A stretch of 64,000 nucleotides of DNA, taken from NCBI RefSeq assembly GCF_003918875.1, contig NW_025767045.1, forward strand, positions 496,001 through 560,000. Direction: 5' to 3'. The notes beneath the pieces are model-generated. The model worked only from the letters and a program-made list of their open reading frames with translations. It was not told where the DNA came from and did not search any database. Positions 61,962 to 64,000 of the stretch are shown in pieces (within the stretch, counting starts at the first letter, position 1; every line of letters begins with the position of its first letter). This stretch comes from Haliotis rubra (taxonomy: Eukaryota). Made by a program: the position numbers and the translations under genes.

Positions 61962-62405
61962 AATCCTCTTCGTGCTCTCAGCACATAAGGCCGATACTAG
62001 GGTTTTCCAATGCAGTCTATCCTGGGCCCATTGCTGCACTTGTCCCTAGGTCCACCCTGCGTCCTTCATCTCTGCTCCATAGATCTTCTCCGTGTCACCT
62101 GTGGACGTCCTCTGTTTCTTTTTCCTGTTGGTGTCCATCGCATAGCAACATTTGGTATGGAAATCTGGGTGCATCCTGCAGACATGACCGACCCAACGCC
62201 ATTTTCTCTTTTGGATCTCGAGGGACAGTGGGCTGGTGTCCGTGCACTTTCACAGTTCTTCATTTCAGATGGTGATTGGCCAGAAGATGCGAAGTATTCT
62301 TCAGAGACATCTGGTTTGGAATACATCAAGTTTGTTGCAGATGTGGGATATTTTCCAGAATTCTGCGCCGTACAATAGGACTCCGAGAATGTTGCTAATG
62401 AAGTT
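61962..62405 (-). mobile_element. RTE-clade LINE 3' fragment
   Basis: Minus-strand VLLYGAEFW...KLDVFQTRCL and WTPTGKRNRGRP, typical of RTE ORF C-termini. Confidence 0.8.
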
Positions 62406-62585
62406 CATAGCTTCGTCAGCTAATCTGTTGTATAGTTTTATTCTTTCACGACTATGCTGTATACAGGGCTCTCTGAAGTCACGAGTCCCCCGTTTTTGCA
62501 TTTAATGTTGCTGAAAGCGGCGTAAAACTAAACTCACTTACTGAAATTATGAGAACATCTGAAAACATTGTCTCTCAACTAAGTA

Positions 62586-62732
62586 GGGGCGGTGGGGTAG
62601 CCTAGTGGTCAAAGCGTTCGCTCGTCACGCCGAAGACCTGGGTTCGATTCCCACATGGGTACAATGTGTGAAGCCCATTTTTTGCTGGAATAGTGCTAAA
62701 AGCGACGTAAAACCATACTCACTCACTCACTC
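62586..62732 (+). mobile_element. tRNA-derived SINE (family A)
   Basis: Consensus match with an internal deletion. Confidence 0.88.
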
Positions 62733-62886
62733 AACTATGTGAGTGAGCTTGTCCAACCGATAACGTTCTCTTCGTTTACGGCAGTCAAGGATAGATGAAA
62801 GTCAGCTCTAACCTTCACAAATCGTCATGATACGATCATGATCTTAACTAGGTCATCGAGTATGAACTTCGATCCATTCGTGTTTT

Positions 62887-63054
62887 ACTGACTGACTGAG
62901 TTTGGTTTTACGCCGCTTTTAGCAATATTCCAGCAACATCACGGCGGGGGACACCAGAAATGGGCTTCACACAATGTGCCCATGTGGGGATTCGAACCCG
63001 GGTCTTCGGCGTGACGAGCCAACGCTTTAACCATTAGGCTACCCCACCGCCCCC
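62887..63054 (-). mobile_element. tRNA-derived SINE (family A), young-looking copy
   Basis: Full length, flanked by a direct repeat TGTTTTACTGA. Confidence 0.92.
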
Positions 63055-64000
63055 TGTTTTACTGATGCTGACAAGCGTACGGCATCTGTTCGAAGTTGGA
63101 ATCCCCACATGTAGTATTACTTAAAAAAAACTCCGGCCTGCGCGATTTAATGCATTTATACTTGCCAGCACACGTGTTAATGCCCCCGCCAAAGAATTAT
63201 GTTAGAATTGGATATAATACGTTCAGAAAATGCTAAATATCTAATGTCTCTATATATATTTATAAATGGCTTAGGGGTCGTTCCTGATTAATGGCTGGGG
63301 TTGGGGATGGTGTGTATGTGTGATGATTTCTATTTTCTTTTGGGGCGGGGTTCATCAAATCTGTACACAGGAAAGACTTCCGCCCGTATCCCCCCTTAAA
63401 TTTCATTCTGGTCAAATCATATCACCTGAATATAATTCCTCATCTGATAGCAGTGAGTTTTAACATTTTTCTGTAATTGTATCTTAACTTACTGAAAGAC
63501 ATATCCAACTTCTAAAATGGCACTTAAAGACATTTTTCCTCATTGTTAAAATTTAGGGGGGATGCGGGCGGAAGTCTTGGAAATGAGGAATCATGCATGA
63601 TTTCGTTTCATGTTCGGTCAAACTTTTGAGAAAACTTTACCCGGAAGTCGTCCTACGATCTTTATTTAGAAGCGTATTGAGCAAGGACTTTTTCCAAACA
63701 CGAATGAACATTTCACAGCTGTTACTCGATTGATTATCGTTGATTTTTCAATAGGTAAGATCATATAATGTCTATAATGACCTTTATGGGCATATAATTC
63801 ACTGTGTGAACGAGTGTGGTTAAGAAGTACGAATGGAATCAAGATGAAATGTTTGTGTTTGAAGGTCCGCTCTCACTCCAACAGTAAACAGAAGAAAGGT
63901 TTGAAACAGTATTTGTTGAGTCGGGGTATGACATTGAGTCACCACAGGAATGTTGTAAGGTTATTGGTGATGATACTGATAGACACATGGAAGGACCCAC

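Noticed and set aside
63830-64000. Possible coding exon at the window end
   Set aside because: The acidic reading frame contains a stop, has no recognisable motif and is cut by the window edge, so it cannot be supported.

Overview
Repeat-rich, AT-rich animal genomic DNA with spliceosomal GT-AG introns. The SINE families suggest a mollusc, possibly a gastropod such as abalone (inference). The main content is a tandem pair of 8-exon paralogues of the ADP-ribosylglycohydrolase-fold selenoprotein J / J1-crystallin family on the + strand, which the ORF track shows only in fragments. The downstream copy (29856-40788) has an in-frame TGA at 36868-36870 in the SelJ selenocysteine context (FRKD-U-HLPGAFQSALHGVL). 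Its 3' UTR has a form-2 SECIS-like hairpin at about 41070-41131, with AC where the apical AA normally sits. The upstream copy (17202-25973) has TGT (Cys) at the equivalent position, a 12-codon shorter exon 6, and a SECIS-like remnant at a similar distance from its stop. Further downstream are an intronless RING-H2 E3 ligase gene (- strand) and, head-to-head with it, a TSEN15-like gene (+ strand). The last TSEN15 exon is buried in a minisatellite that repeats its own splice acceptor, and one of its introns holds a decayed island of two convergent ORFs. The rest is tandem satellites, tRNA-derived and Meta-domain-like SINEs, two decayed Tc1-like transposons, a long foldback element, several MITEs and LINE fragments. 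All exon boundaries and RNA folds were worked out by eye; family assignments rest on remembered motifs, not searches.
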